Assembly: GCA_017621655.1 (NCBI GenBank)
Contig: JAGASS010000029.1
Span: 6,477-70,476 of the forward strand
Source of the DNA: Clostridia bacterium
GTDB lineage: Bacteria > Bacillota > Clostridia > Oscillospirales > CAG-272
Reading direction: 5' to 3'
Length of the DNA stretch: 64,000 bases
The translations under genes and the position numbers were made by a program. Every line of letters begins with the position of its first letter. Positions within the stretch are counted from its first letter, which is position 1. This document shows, piece after piece, positions 16,162 to 26,032 of the stretch. The notes under the pieces were generated by a model. The model did not search any database. It was not told where the DNA came from and worked only from the letters and a program-made list of their open reading frames with translations.

Positions 16162-17604
16162 ATGAAGAAGTTTCTTTTGCTTCTCATCGCAGCTTGCATG
16201 CTGATCACATGCTTTGCTTGCGGAGGAAACGGATCGGGTGGCAACAATGACCCCATCAAGCGCCCCCCCGGCAAAAAGTGGGATGCGCTTCCCGAGTACG
16301 ACGGCGGCGGTACGGACTTCCGTATCAGTACCAGAGGACACTACGGTGCAATGGAGGTAGTCGTTGACGACGAGACCTCCGAAAACATCGTTGACCAGGC
16401 GCTCGTACTTAGAAACGCTAAGGTCGAAGACAGATACAGCGTTTTCATCGTACGTCAGGATAACGACGGCGCTCAGTATGCTCACCTCAACCAGGTTCTT
16501 ACCGACTGCACCATGCAGGCAGATAAGTTCGACCTCGCTATGACCTACGTCTACGAGAGTGCGCCCCTTATCACTAACGGATTCGTTCTTAACTGGAACA
16601 ATCTTAAGTACACTCACCTTGATGAGTCGCACTGGATCCAGGGCATGAACAGGAAGTTCTCTGTTCGTGACGCGATCTACACTGCTATCTCCAAGATGTG
16701 TATCTCTACTGTCGGTCAGACCGTTGCTATGTACTACAACCGTGACCTCGGCGACCAGTGGAAGGGCGAAGAGTTCTCTGATGATCTCATCGCAACCATT
16801 CTTGACGGCGGCTGGACTTACGATAAGCTTATGAGCATCGTAAACGAGTACAATTTCGACGACGCTACCGGTGACGGACGTACTGCAGACGACGGCTTCG
16901 GCTACTTTATGTCTTATGACTGGCATATCGATACCTGGCACGCTGCATGGCAGATCCCCATGATCGAGAACGATCCTAAGGAAGGTCTTAAGGACGTTTA
17001 CTGGAGCGAAAAGCTCACTACCTTCGTAGACAGAATGCACACCATGTACTACCAGACTCCCGGTATCTTCTACGGTACTCAGGGCGAAGCAAGAGCTGCA
17101 TTCTCTACCCGTAAGGCACTCTTCGTTGCTGATGACCTTAACGCTTCCATCAACTACTACAACAACTACGTAGAAGACAACTTCACTATCATTCCTCAGC
17201 CGAAGTTCGACGAGAACCAGGATAGATACTACTCCGCAATGTTTGATAACTACTCGGTAATGTCTATTCCGATCACCGCTCACGCTGACATCGTTTCTCT
17301 TCTCGTAGAAGCACTTTCCATCTCTTCCGAGATGCACGTATATCCTGCATACAAGCACGACGCACTTCAGGGTCAGGCAACTTCTGACGTTGACTCGATG
17401 TTCGACACCGTTCTCGAGAGCGTTTCTTGGGACATCGGAACTCTTCTTCACTCTAAGATTCCCTTCATGGACATGGTTCGTGTAGACGTCAGAACCAATC
17501 CTGACGGCACTCAGATCAAGAATTCCTACGACGCTATCAAGGATGACGTTCAGGAAGCTCTTGAAGAGATCATGACTGCGTTCGACGAATTCCAGGAGAA
17601 CTAA
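16162..17604 (+). CDS. SBP-like lipoprotein 2
   Basis: 480 aa. Signal MKKFLLLLIAACMLITCFAC|GG. Collinear with 14335..15741 (DFRISTR, VVDDETSENIVDQALVLRNAKVEDRY, ISKMCISTV, GGWTYDKLMSI). Confidence 0.5.
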   Translation: MKKFLLLLIAACMLITCFACGGNGSGGNNDPIKRPPGKKWDALPEYDGGGTDFRISTRGHYGAMEVVVDDETSENIVDQALVLRNAKVEDRYSVFIVRQDNDGAQYAHLNQVLTDCTMQADKFDLAMTYVYESAPLITNGFVLNWNNLKYTHLDESHWIQGMNRKFSVRDAIYTAISKMCISTVGQTVAMYYNRDLGDQWKGEEFSDDLIATILDGGWTYDKLMSIVNEYNFDDATGDGRTADDGFGYFMSYDWHIDTWHAAWQIPMIENDPKEGLKDVYWSEKLTTFVDRMHTMYYQTPGIFYGTQGEARAAFSTRKALFVADDLNASINYYNNYVEDNFTIIPQPKFDENQDRYYSAMFDNYSVMSIPITAHADIVSLLVEALSISSEMHVYPAYKHDALQGQATSDVDSMFDTVLESVSWDIGTLLHSKIPFMDMVRVDVRTNPDGTQIKNSYDAIKDDVQEALEEIMTAFDEFQEN

Positions 17605-17674
17605 ATACAGATCAGTAATCGCTGACATCGGTTAAGCGGCGACGCTGCCCGTCAAACGGCTTGCTGACAACTAA

Positions 17675-17709
17675 GGGGGCGACTTAAGGGTCGCCCCCTA
17701 TCGCTTTTT
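17675..17709 (+). terminator. Intrinsic terminator after SBP-like gene 2
   Basis: GGGGGCGAC-TTAAGG-GTCGCCCCC, then TATCGCTTTTT. Confidence 0.7.
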
Positions 17710-17833
17710 ACAAATACAAAACCAAATGGAACAGATAAGAATAATTTGTTTCATTAATATTTATTACAGTCAAAATATTCTCTGTGAGCTTTATGCTTAT
17801 ATCGACTTCAACAAATAACAAACGGAGGCACAA

Positions 17834-19507
17834 ATGAAAAGATCGCTTTTGATCTTGCTTGCGTTGTGCACGCTATTTACTTTTACCGCATGCTCATCGA
17901 ACAGCTTCGACGAAACGCCGACTGTTAACGGTGACACGGACGATAAGCCAAGTGACGATTTTGAGTTCACGGCGCCGAACGATAATCCTAAAAGTGACGT
18001 TTCCGTCAGCGCGTGGACTGCACATTCCTATACGAAAATTGCGGCAAACGGTGCCGTTCCAAGCTCGCCCTCGACCTCGTATAAGGTCTATATGGCGAAG
18101 CGTGAAACGGAGGGCTGTCAGGTTGTTTTCCGACCTGAGACCGACTGTTCACTGACGCTTAAATGCATATATAAAGAGGAAAATTCCCTCGATTATAAGA
18201 CCTTTGTTTTCGATACCAATTACGAGATAAACGGCTCGCTTCTTCCCGATCCTGCAAAGCAGTATACAGAGGGAACGAGCTTCAGCTGTAAGGCAGGGAA
18301 CACTCTTCCTTTCCTTATCGAGTTTACCTCGGTAAGCGGTACGAAGGAGGGGCATTATCCTTACGTTTTCGAGCTTCGTGATAAGTCAGACAAGACGGTT
18401 GCTCAGTTCGTGATAATCGTAAGAGTCTGGGATATTACGCTTCCCGAGAAGCTTTCCTATCAAAGCTCTGTAACGGTATCGAAAAAGGATATTGCGAATT
18501 ACTTTTCGGTAAGCGAAGAAGAAATTACCGACGAGGTCTATCTTAACTACTATAACCTGCTTCTTGAACACAATCTGAGCGCAAGAGATCTTCCTTACGA
18601 TATTTTAGATCCGCGTGCCGACGAATATATGTCGGATCCTCGCGTGACGGCGTTCAGAGTACCGCACGACGTTTCCGACGAAACGCTTGAAGCATATTAC
18701 AAAAAGCTGAAAACGAATACAAAATGGCTCAAAAAGGCGTTCTTTATGCCGGCAGGCGAGCTTTCGACCAAAGAAGAGATCGACGAATTTTGCCTTGAGG
18801 CAATTCACCTGCAGAGCATTTGTAAATCAATAAAGATCACGTGTCCTATGGATAAGGACATTCAGATCGATCCTCGCGGATGGGACCAGGTAAACGCGAT
18901 GAAGGGCTACTGTACTCTTTGGTGTCCGAAGCTTTGCCTTTGGGACGACGAGATCTCGTACGGTAAGCACGATTACGAGCACAGCATGTCCTTTGAAGCG
19001 AGAATGAGAAAGATGATGAGCGAGGACTTCGGTGTTTGGACTTACCTTTCTTACACACCGGGCGAGCCGTACACCGCGCTCGTGGTCGATCACTCGGGAC
19101 TTAATCAGAGAGTCGTTTTCTGGCAGCAGTATATGAGAGGTATACACGGATTCGTATACTGGTCGTCGACTGCGTGGAGCGTCTTTAACAAGGTCGATCC
19201 GTGGCAGAGCGTTGATACCGGTCTATACGACGATAAGGGCAATCACGTTTACGGCGACGGAATCCTGTTTTATCCCGGTAAAAGCGTGACTGATGCTCCG
19301 ACGGTGTCCCTGCGTATGAAGATAATGCGCGACGGTATCGACGATATGGAGCTTCTTATGTACGCAGCCAAGACTCTTGGAAACAAATGGGTAAATGAGA
19401 AAGTAAACTCAATATCCTCGTCACTCACCTCGATAGAGGCAACTGACGACATTTTCGCGCAGATCAGAATCGAAATCGGAAGCGCACTCGAAAAAGCACT
19501 TCCGTAA
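17834..19507 (+). CDS. DUF4091/GH123-like protein P1, lipoprotein, divergent; Asp of the DE pair missing
   Basis: 557 aa. Signal ...LFTFTAC|SS. Shares WCPKLCLWDD, GDGILFYPG and MKIMRDGIDDMEL with P2-P8, but has MPAGEL where the others have [IL]DEP. Confidence 0.55.
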   Translation: MKRSLLILLALCTLFTFTACSSNSFDETPTVNGDTDDKPSDDFEFTAPNDNPKSDVSVSAWTAHSYTKIAANGAVPSSPSTSYKVYMAKRETEGCQVVFRPETDCSLTLKCIYKEENSLDYKTFVFDTNYEINGSLLPDPAKQYTEGTSFSCKAGNTLPFLIEFTSVSGTKEGHYPYVFELRDKSDKTVAQFVIIVRVWDITLPEKLSYQSSVTVSKKDIANYFSVSEEEITDEVYLNYYNLLLEHNLSARDLPYDILDPRADEYMSDPRVTAFRVPHDVSDETLEAYYKKLKTNTKWLKKAFFMPAGELSTKEEIDEFCLEAIHLQSICKSIKITCPMDKDIQIDPRGWDQVNAMKGYCTLWCPKLCLWDDEISYGKHDYEHSMSFEARMRKMMSEDFGVWTYLSYTPGEPYTALVVDHSGLNQRVVFWQQYMRGIHGFVYWSSTAWSVFNKVDPWQSVDTGLYDDKGNHVYGDGILFYPGKSVTDAPTVSLRMKIMRDGIDDMELLMYAAKTLGNKWVNEKVNSISSSLTSIEATDDIFAQIRIEIGSALEKALP

Positions 19508-19518
19508 GGAGAACTATT

Positions 19519-21159
19519 ATGAAAAAGATCGTATCCCTTCTTCTTATCGTCTGTACGCTTTTTTCGACAGTTGCGTGCGACGGTGAGAAACCCGAGAAAA
19601 AGCCGAGCGTATCGGCAAATATTACTGCCTATGCGACGCATACCTACAATAAGATAATTGCGAACATCAAGCCGAAGGGTAAACTGTCTACCGATTATAC
19701 CGTGTATATGACGAGAGGCGAGACCGAGGGCTGTCAGATCGTTATTTACAGTGATCAGGCGGCAAAAAAGGTTGAGCTTGTTACCGTTTCGGGCGAAAAC
19801 GAGAGCATTACGACCGAGTTTTTCTCGATGAACAATACTCATAAAATAAGCGGTAAGCAGTATACAGACTCTACCTTCCCATACGGAAAGAAGGATATTT
19901 CGCTTGAAAAGAACAAGTCACTTTCCTTCGTTATCGACTTCAAGACTACTGCAGACACACCTGCAGGCGAATATAAATACGTATTCGCTATAAACGACGC
20001 ATCGGGAAAGAAGAGCGTAACGCTTGCGACCTATAACGTGACGGTACATGTTTGGGATATAGTTCTTCCCGAAGAAAAGACCTTTGCGACCTCGGCAGGT
20101 ATCAATACCTACCATATAGGCCGTTTCTACGGCGGTTGCGGACCTGCTCTCTACAAGCAGTTCTACGATATGCTTCTTGAGCATAACGTATGTGCTCATT
20201 CGCTCCCGTACGATATTCTTGATCCTCGCGCAGACGACTATATGTCCGACCCGCGCGTAACGTCGTTTGTGGTCCCCTCTCATCCCGAGGAAAATACCGA
20301 AGAGGATATTATAGCTTACTACAACAAGCTTAAGGAAAACCCCGAATGGCTCAAAAAGGCGATCTTCTATCCTATTGACGAGCCGTCTACCGCAGAGGAT
20401 CTGGAAAAATATAGAGCGCACTGCGAGCGTCTGAAGCGCCTTGCGCCCGAAATTCCCGTAATTTCCCCTATCTATACGAATATTCAGATGGGAGAGGGCA
20501 AGGACCAGGTCGACTTCATGGACCCCACTACCGATCTTTGGTGTCCGAAGCTCTGTCTCTGGGACGACAGTCAGTCTTACGATCCCTTCCTCGATTACAA
20601 GCCGAGCAAGAGCTTTGCCGAGAGAATGGCGGAGATGCAGAGCGAGGGCGACAAAATGTGGTCGTACGTTTGTAACGATCCTATCGATCCTTACGCACAG
20701 CTCTTCATCAATACCGCAGGCGTTGAGCAACGCCTTATGATGTGGCAGCACTATCAGCGCAATATCGAGGGCTTCCTCTATTGGGGAACGACCTCTTGGG
20801 GCTATAGGCAGAAGGGTCAAGTGACTTATAATAACATCGACCCCTGGGAGACTGTTTTCAACGGTGTTCGTGACGGTAACGGCAGTCCCGTTTACGGAGA
20901 GGGCTTCCTATTCTATCCTGCAGGACTCGATATGAGAATGTTTGAGCCGGTATCCTCCATCCGTATGAAGATACTCCGTGACGGAATCGACGATATCGAA
21001 TTCTTCTACGTTGCAGAGAAAGCTCTCGGCAAGGAATGGGTAATGAACTACGTGGATCAGGCAACTCCGACTCTTACGAGCTACGTGACGAACGAGCAAT
21101 TTGCAAAGATCAGAATCGAAATGGGCAACGCAGTCGAAGCCGCCCTCAAGAATAAATAA
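19519..21159 (+). CDS. DUF4091/GH123-like glycoside hydrolase P2, lipoprotein
   Basis: 546 aa. Signal ...LFSTVAC|DG. Motifs YPIDEPS, WCPKLCLWDD, GEGFLFYPA and RMKILRDGIDDIEF. Confidence 0.6.
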   Translation: MKKIVSLLLIVCTLFSTVACDGEKPEKKPSVSANITAYATHTYNKIIANIKPKGKLSTDYTVYMTRGETEGCQIVIYSDQAAKKVELVTVSGENESITTEFFSMNNTHKISGKQYTDSTFPYGKKDISLEKNKSLSFVIDFKTTADTPAGEYKYVFAINDASGKKSVTLATYNVTVHVWDIVLPEEKTFATSAGINTYHIGRFYGGCGPALYKQFYDMLLEHNVCAHSLPYDILDPRADDYMSDPRVTSFVVPSHPEENTEEDIIAYYNKLKENPEWLKKAIFYPIDEPSTAEDLEKYRAHCERLKRLAPEIPVISPIYTNIQMGEGKDQVDFMDPTTDLWCPKLCLWDDSQSYDPFLDYKPSKSFAERMAEMQSEGDKMWSYVCNDPIDPYAQLFINTAGVEQRLMMWQHYQRNIEGFLYWGTTSWGYRQKGQVTYNNIDPWETVFNGVRDGNGSPVYGEGFLFYPAGLDMRMFEPVSSIRMKILRDGIDDIEFFYVAEKALGKEWVMNYVDQATPTLTSYVTNEQFAKIRIEMGNAVEAALKNK

Positions 21160-21244
21160 TCGTTTAACAAAAAGCCGAAATGTCTCCCCGAAGCACTAAA
21201 AACGGGTTTTCGGATTGGCTTGGATGGTATCATCGGAGGTTATT

Positions 21245-22870
21245 ATGAAAAAGTTATTATTACTGATCATCACGTTTTCCATGATCGTCTCGCTTTTTGC
21301 GTGTAACGAAAGCGAAAAAAAGGACGACGTCGGAAAAAACGAGGTCATCAACGTAAGCGCGTGGACGACGCATCTGACCGATAAGCAGATAGCGAACGTC
21401 AAGCCCAAGAATATAAGCATGAATACGGTCTACGACCTTTATATGATGAAGGGCGAGACTGAGGGCTGTCAGCTTATTATCTACAGTGATAAGGACATCA
21501 AAAAGGGTGTCATGGAATCGGAGCTTGATAAGTACGCAGACAAGAATCTGACCTCCGAGATATTCGTAATGAATAAAACTCATACCATAAAGGGAAAGAA
21601 ATGGACAGACTCCGCCATTCCTTATTACGGTACGAAGATCGCGTTTGATTCGAGACTTGTAACTCCGTTTATCGTTGAATTTACTACTACGAAGGATACT
21701 CCTGCAGGCGATTATACGTATAGCTACGAGTTCAAGAACGCAGCAAACAATGAGGTGCTTGCTTCCTTTACCGTAAACGTACACGTTTGGGACATAGTTC
21801 TTCCCGAGGATAAGACCTTTGCTACCTCTGCGGGAATCAACGGTATGCAGATCGCAAGATTCGACAGGGGCTCTGAGATGTATAAGAAGTACTACGATAT
21901 GCTTCTTGAGCATAACGTCTGCGGACACGTGCTTCCTTACGATATTCTCGATGAGAAGGCAGAAGCGTATATGTCCGACCCGCGCGTAACCTCTTTCGTT
22001 ATCGGCATCTGGGACGCAAAGCTCTGGGACGACGAAAAGCTCCTTCAGTATTATAACAGAGTAAAAGAAAACCCCGTATGGTTTGAAAAGGCGATGTTTT
22101 ACGTAATCGACGAGCCGACTACCGAGGAAGCACTGGCAAATTACAGAGAATACTGCGACCGTTTTGCAAAGCTCTGCCCCGGAATCGGAGTTATAGCGCC
22201 CTTCTATACGAACAATCAGACGGGCGTGGGTAAGGATCAGGTCGACGCAATGGCACCGAGCACTATTCTCTGGTGTCCTAAGCTCTGCCTTTGGGATGAT
22301 AGTCAGTCCTACGATCCTTTCCTCGATTACAAGCCCGAAAAGTCCTTCGCCGAGAGAATGAAGGAGTTTCAGGCAGAGGGCGATACCGTTTGGGCATACG
22401 TTTGTAACGCACCGACTTCGCCTTACGCACAGCTCTTTATAGATACCGACGGTATCGTTCAGCGTCTTATGATGTGGCAGCATTATCAGAGAGACATTGA
22501 GGGATTCCTTTATTGGGGAGTTTCAACTTGGGGATATAATGACAAGAACGTTGATCCATGGAAGAAGCCGTATACCGGTGTCGGTGACGGCAAGGGTAAC
22601 GACGTTTACGGAGAGGGCTTCCTCTTCTATCCCGGTACCCCCGTAGGTATTGCGGGTCCCGTTGCGACGAGCCGTCTTAAGATACTTCGTGACGGAATCG
22701 ACGACATCGAAATGTTCTACCTCGCAGAGAAGTACCTCGACAAGGAATGGCTCGATGCCAAGATAAACGAGGCAACCCCCACCCTTACCTCTTACACCTC
22801 CGAAGAAAACTTCTATAAGATCCGTAAGGAAATAGGCGACGCACTTGAGGCGGCGCTCAAAAATAAATAA
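21245..22870 (+). CDS. DUF4091/GH123-like glycoside hydrolase P3, lipoprotein
   Basis: ORF 21215..22870. Start is MKKLLLLIITFSMIVSLFAC|NE at 21245, after GGAGG. Motifs YVIDEPT, WCPKLCLWDD and GEGFLFYPG. Confidence 0.6.
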   Translation: MKKLLLLIITFSMIVSLFACNESEKKDDVGKNEVINVSAWTTHLTDKQIANVKPKNISMNTVYDLYMMKGETEGCQLIIYSDKDIKKGVMESELDKYADKNLTSEIFVMNKTHTIKGKKWTDSAIPYYGTKIAFDSRLVTPFIVEFTTTKDTPAGDYTYSYEFKNAANNEVLASFTVNVHVWDIVLPEDKTFATSAGINGMQIARFDRGSEMYKKYYDMLLEHNVCGHVLPYDILDEKAEAYMSDPRVTSFVIGIWDAKLWDDEKLLQYYNRVKENPVWFEKAMFYVIDEPTTEEALANYREYCDRFAKLCPGIGVIAPFYTNNQTGVGKDQVDAMAPSTILWCPKLCLWDDSQSYDPFLDYKPEKSFAERMKEFQAEGDTVWAYVCNAPTSPYAQLFIDTDGIVQRLMMWQHYQRDIEGFLYWGVSTWGYNDKNVDPWKKPYTGVGDGKGNDVYGEGFLFYPGTPVGIAGPVATSRLKILRDGIDDIEMFYLAEKYLDKEWLDAKINEATPTLTSYTSEENFYKIRKEIGDALEAALKNK

Positions 22871-22885
22871 TATAAGGTGCAAAAA

Positions 22886-24523
22886 ATGAAAAAATTTTTA
22901 CTTATCATTTTAACGCTTTCAATGCTTCTTTCGCTTGTCGCGTGTAACGAAGGCGGAAATGAGAATAACGAAAAGACCGAAATAAAAAAAGATATAAAAG
23001 TTGAAGCATGGACGACGCATCTTACCGACAAGCAGCTTGCTAACGTCAAGCCGAAGGATATTAACTCCGGTACGGTTTATGACCTCTATATGATGAGAGG
23101 CGAGACCGAGGGCTGTCAGCTTGTTATTTACAGCAATGCAAGGATCAAAAAGGCGTTCTTGGATTTCGATTCCGACAAGTATGAGGACAAGAACATAACT
23201 TCACAGACCTATATACTTGACACAGCGTTGTCCATCAAGAAAAAGGAATGGACCGACCCTGCGATGCCTTATTTCGGCAGAAAGATGGCATTCGCGTCAA
23301 AGAAGGTGATCCCCTTTGTCGTCGAATTTACAACTACAAAGGATACCCCCGCAGGTGATTACACCTATACTTATGAGTTCAAGGACGGCACTTCAAACGA
23401 GGTCTACGCTACCTTTACGGTAAACGTACACGTTTGGGACATCGTTCTTCCCGAAAATAAGACCTTTGCAACCTCTGTCGGTATCAACACTTATCAAATC
23501 GAAAGATTTGACAAGGGTCCGACTACGTATAAGAAGTATTACGACCTGCTTCTTGAGCACAACGTCTGCGCACATACGATGCCTTACGACATTATGAGCG
23601 AGGAGGCAGAGGCGTATATGTCCGACCCGAAGGTCACTTCCTTCGTTATCGGACTTTGGAGCGCGGGCGGCTGGGACGATGCTAAGCTCACGCAGTATTA
23701 TAACAGATTAAAAGAGAACCCCGAGTGGTTCAAAAAGGCACTCTTCTACGTAATCGACGAGCCGACTGATGAAGAGGCACTTGCAAAGTATAAGGCGTAC
23801 TGTGACCGCCTTGGAAAGCTTTGTCCCGGAATCGGCGTTATCGCGCCTTTCTATACGAACAAGCAGTTTGGAACAAATATGGATCAGGTCGACGCAATGG
23901 CGCCGAGCACTATTCTCTGGTGTCCTAAGCTCTGCCTTTGGGACGATAGCCAGTCCTACGATCCCTTCCTCGATTACAAGCCCGAAAAATCCTTCGCTGA
24001 AAGAATGAAGGACTTCCAAAAGGAGGGCGACACCGTATGGTCTTACGTATGTAACGACCCGATCACGCCCTACGCACAGCTCTTTATCGACACAGAGGGT
24101 CTTGTACACCGCCTTATGATGTGGCAGCACTATCAGAGAGACATCGAGGGCTTCCTCTACTGGGGAACGACCTCTTGGGGCTACCGTCAGGAGGGAAGTG
24201 ATATGAACCCGTGGGAAAAGGCGTATAACGGCGTTGGTGACGGCGACGGCAGACCCGTTTACGGTGAGGGTTATCTGCTTTATCCCGGAAACCCCGTCGG
24301 TTACGGTTCGCCTATTGCGTCTATCCGTCTTAAGATGCTCCGCGACGGAATCGACGACATCGAGATGTTCTACCTTGCAGAGAAGTATCTCGACAAGGCA
24401 TGGCTTGAATCCAAGATCAACGAGGCAACACCCTCTCTTACCTCTTATACCTCCGAAGAAAACTTCTACAAAATACGCAAGGAAATAGGCGACGCTCTTG
24501 AAGCGGCGATCAAAAATAAATAA
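22886..24523 (+). CDS. DUF4091/GH123-like glycoside hydrolase P4, lipoprotein
   Basis: ORF 22877..24523. Start is MKKFLLIILTLSMLLSLVAC|NE at 22886. Closest paralogue of P3, with the identical C-terminus EENFYKIRKEIGDALEAA.KNK. Confidence 0.6.
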   Translation: MKKFLLIILTLSMLLSLVACNEGGNENNEKTEIKKDIKVEAWTTHLTDKQLANVKPKDINSGTVYDLYMMRGETEGCQLVIYSNARIKKAFLDFDSDKYEDKNITSQTYILDTALSIKKKEWTDPAMPYFGRKMAFASKKVIPFVVEFTTTKDTPAGDYTYTYEFKDGTSNEVYATFTVNVHVWDIVLPENKTFATSVGINTYQIERFDKGPTTYKKYYDLLLEHNVCAHTMPYDIMSEEAEAYMSDPKVTSFVIGLWSAGGWDDAKLTQYYNRLKENPEWFKKALFYVIDEPTDEEALAKYKAYCDRLGKLCPGIGVIAPFYTNKQFGTNMDQVDAMAPSTILWCPKLCLWDDSQSYDPFLDYKPEKSFAERMKDFQKEGDTVWSYVCNDPITPYAQLFIDTEGLVHRLMMWQHYQRDIEGFLYWGTTSWGYRQEGSDMNPWEKAYNGVGDGDGRPVYGEGYLLYPGNPVGYGSPIASIRLKMLRDGIDDIEMFYLAEKYLDKAWLESKINEATPSLTSYTSEENFYKIRKEIGDALEAAIKNK

Positions 24524-24547
24524 TTTTTATTATCAAGGAGAATTATC

Positions 24548-26005
24548 ATGAAAACCTGGATGACTTACGGTTATAACAAGATCGTAGCTGATATGCCCGC
24601 ACCGTCTGTCCTTAAGAAGGAGTTTGCGCTCTGTCTTACAAAGGGTGGCAACGGCAACTGTCAGATCGTCGTAAACAGTGATACCGACACCGCCGTTACG
24701 CTCAAAACCGTTTCGTGCGACGGCGTGAAGTGTGATGTCTTCACGGCGGATCACACGCTTACGATAAACGCTCATCAGTATACCGACCCGATCATCCCGT
24801 ACAGCGGTGATGCTATTACTGTTAAGGAGGGTCTATCGCTCCCGTTCTTCCTTGATTTCAAGGCGGAAGATGCAGGCGATTATACCGCGACCTTCGAGCT
24901 TGCCGAAAACGGAAATACCGAGATCTTTACTGTATCTATTCACGTATGGAGCTTCTCTCTTCCCGAAAACAAGACCTTCGCTACTGCGTGCGGCATTGGC
25001 TCAGACAGAGCTTCAAGATACGACAAATCCGAGGACGCTCATAAGAAATATTATGATTTTCTTCTTGAACACGGAATGTGCGGATACGAACTGCCTTACG
25101 ATATTCTCGATCCAAGAGCAGACGAATATATGTCCGATCCCCGCGTTACCTCCTTTATCGTTCCCTCGGGCAACGACGAAAAGACGCGTGCTTACGCAGA
25201 AAAGATCAAGAGCAACCCCGTATGGCTGAATAAGGCGCTCTTCTATTCGATAGACGAGCCGCACAATTTCGAGCTTATCGAGAAGTTTAAGGAAAAGGTG
25301 TCGCATCTTAAGAACCTTGCGCCCGAGATCCCCTCTATCGTGCCTGTTTATACCAATCTTCAGGTTGGAGAGGGTAAGGACCAGTTCGACGAAATGGCTC
25401 CCTATCTTGACCTCTGGTGTCCGAAGCTCTGCCTTTGGGACGACTGCCAGTCCTACACTCCTTTTCTTGATTACACTCCCGAAAAGAGCTTCGAGACGAG
25501 AATAAACGAGGTTATGGATAAGGGGCAGAGAGTCTGGTCTTACGTTTGTAACGACCCGATCACTCCTTATTCGCAGATGTATATCGACACCGACGGCCTT
25601 ATGCAGCGTCTGCTTCCCTGGCAGCACTATCAGAGAAAGATAATCGGCTTCCTTTACTGGAGCGTTGTCTGCTGGGTCAATAATGGCGAAAAAACGGCGT
25701 GGGAAGAACCGTATAACGGCATCGGCGACGGACAGGGAAGACCTGTTTACGGCTGCGGATATCTCGTATATCCCGGACAGCCCGTCGGATACGACGGCAT
25801 CGTTGCTACACAGCGTCTTAAGATCCTTCGTGACGGTCTATCCGACGTTGAACTTCTCGGCATGGCTGAAAAGCTCTTTGGACGCGACTGGGTAATGGCA
25901 AAGGTAAACGAGGCGACTCCGACTCTTACTACCTACACGACTTACGAAAGATTCGATGAAATAAGAAAAGAGATCGGCGACGCTATCGAGGCGGCAACGA
26001 AGTAA
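24548..26005 (+). CDS. DUF4091/GH123-like glycoside hydrolase P5, no signal peptide
   Basis: 485 aa. Starts MKTWMTYGYNKIVADMPAP directly at the conserved domain. Motifs YSIDEPH, WCPKLCLWDD and LKILRDGLSDVEL. Confidence 0.6.
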   Translation: MKTWMTYGYNKIVADMPAPSVLKKEFALCLTKGGNGNCQIVVNSDTDTAVTLKTVSCDGVKCDVFTADHTLTINAHQYTDPIIPYSGDAITVKEGLSLPFFLDFKAEDAGDYTATFELAENGNTEIFTVSIHVWSFSLPENKTFATACGIGSDRASRYDKSEDAHKKYYDFLLEHGMCGYELPYDILDPRADEYMSDPRVTSFIVPSGNDEKTRAYAEKIKSNPVWLNKALFYSIDEPHNFELIEKFKEKVSHLKNLAPEIPSIVPVYTNLQVGEGKDQFDEMAPYLDLWCPKLCLWDDCQSYTPFLDYTPEKSFETRINEVMDKGQRVWSYVCNDPITPYSQMYIDTDGLMQRLLPWQHYQRKIIGFLYWSVVCWVNNGEKTAWEEPYNGIGDGQGRPVYGCGYLVYPGQPVGYDGIVATQRLKILRDGLSDVELLGMAEKLFGRDWVMAKVNEATPTLTTYTTYERFDEIRKEIGDAIEAATK

Positions 26006-26032
26006 CTAATCGACAATAAGAGGTGATATGCT

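Noticed and set aside
15976-17628. 550-aa minus-strand ORF covering the whole SBP-like gene 2, plus similar long antisense ORFs at 19918..20820, 21260..22483, 26006..27190, 39941..41179, 42580..43590, 54254..55081, 56529..57359, 7286..8146 and 8396..9331
   Set aside because: These are shadow ORFs opposite genes with clear family motifs, signal peptides, RBSs or paralogues. Their translations are low-complexity (V/R/L-rich) with no recognisable domains. The open frames are a by-product of the codon bias of the sense genes.
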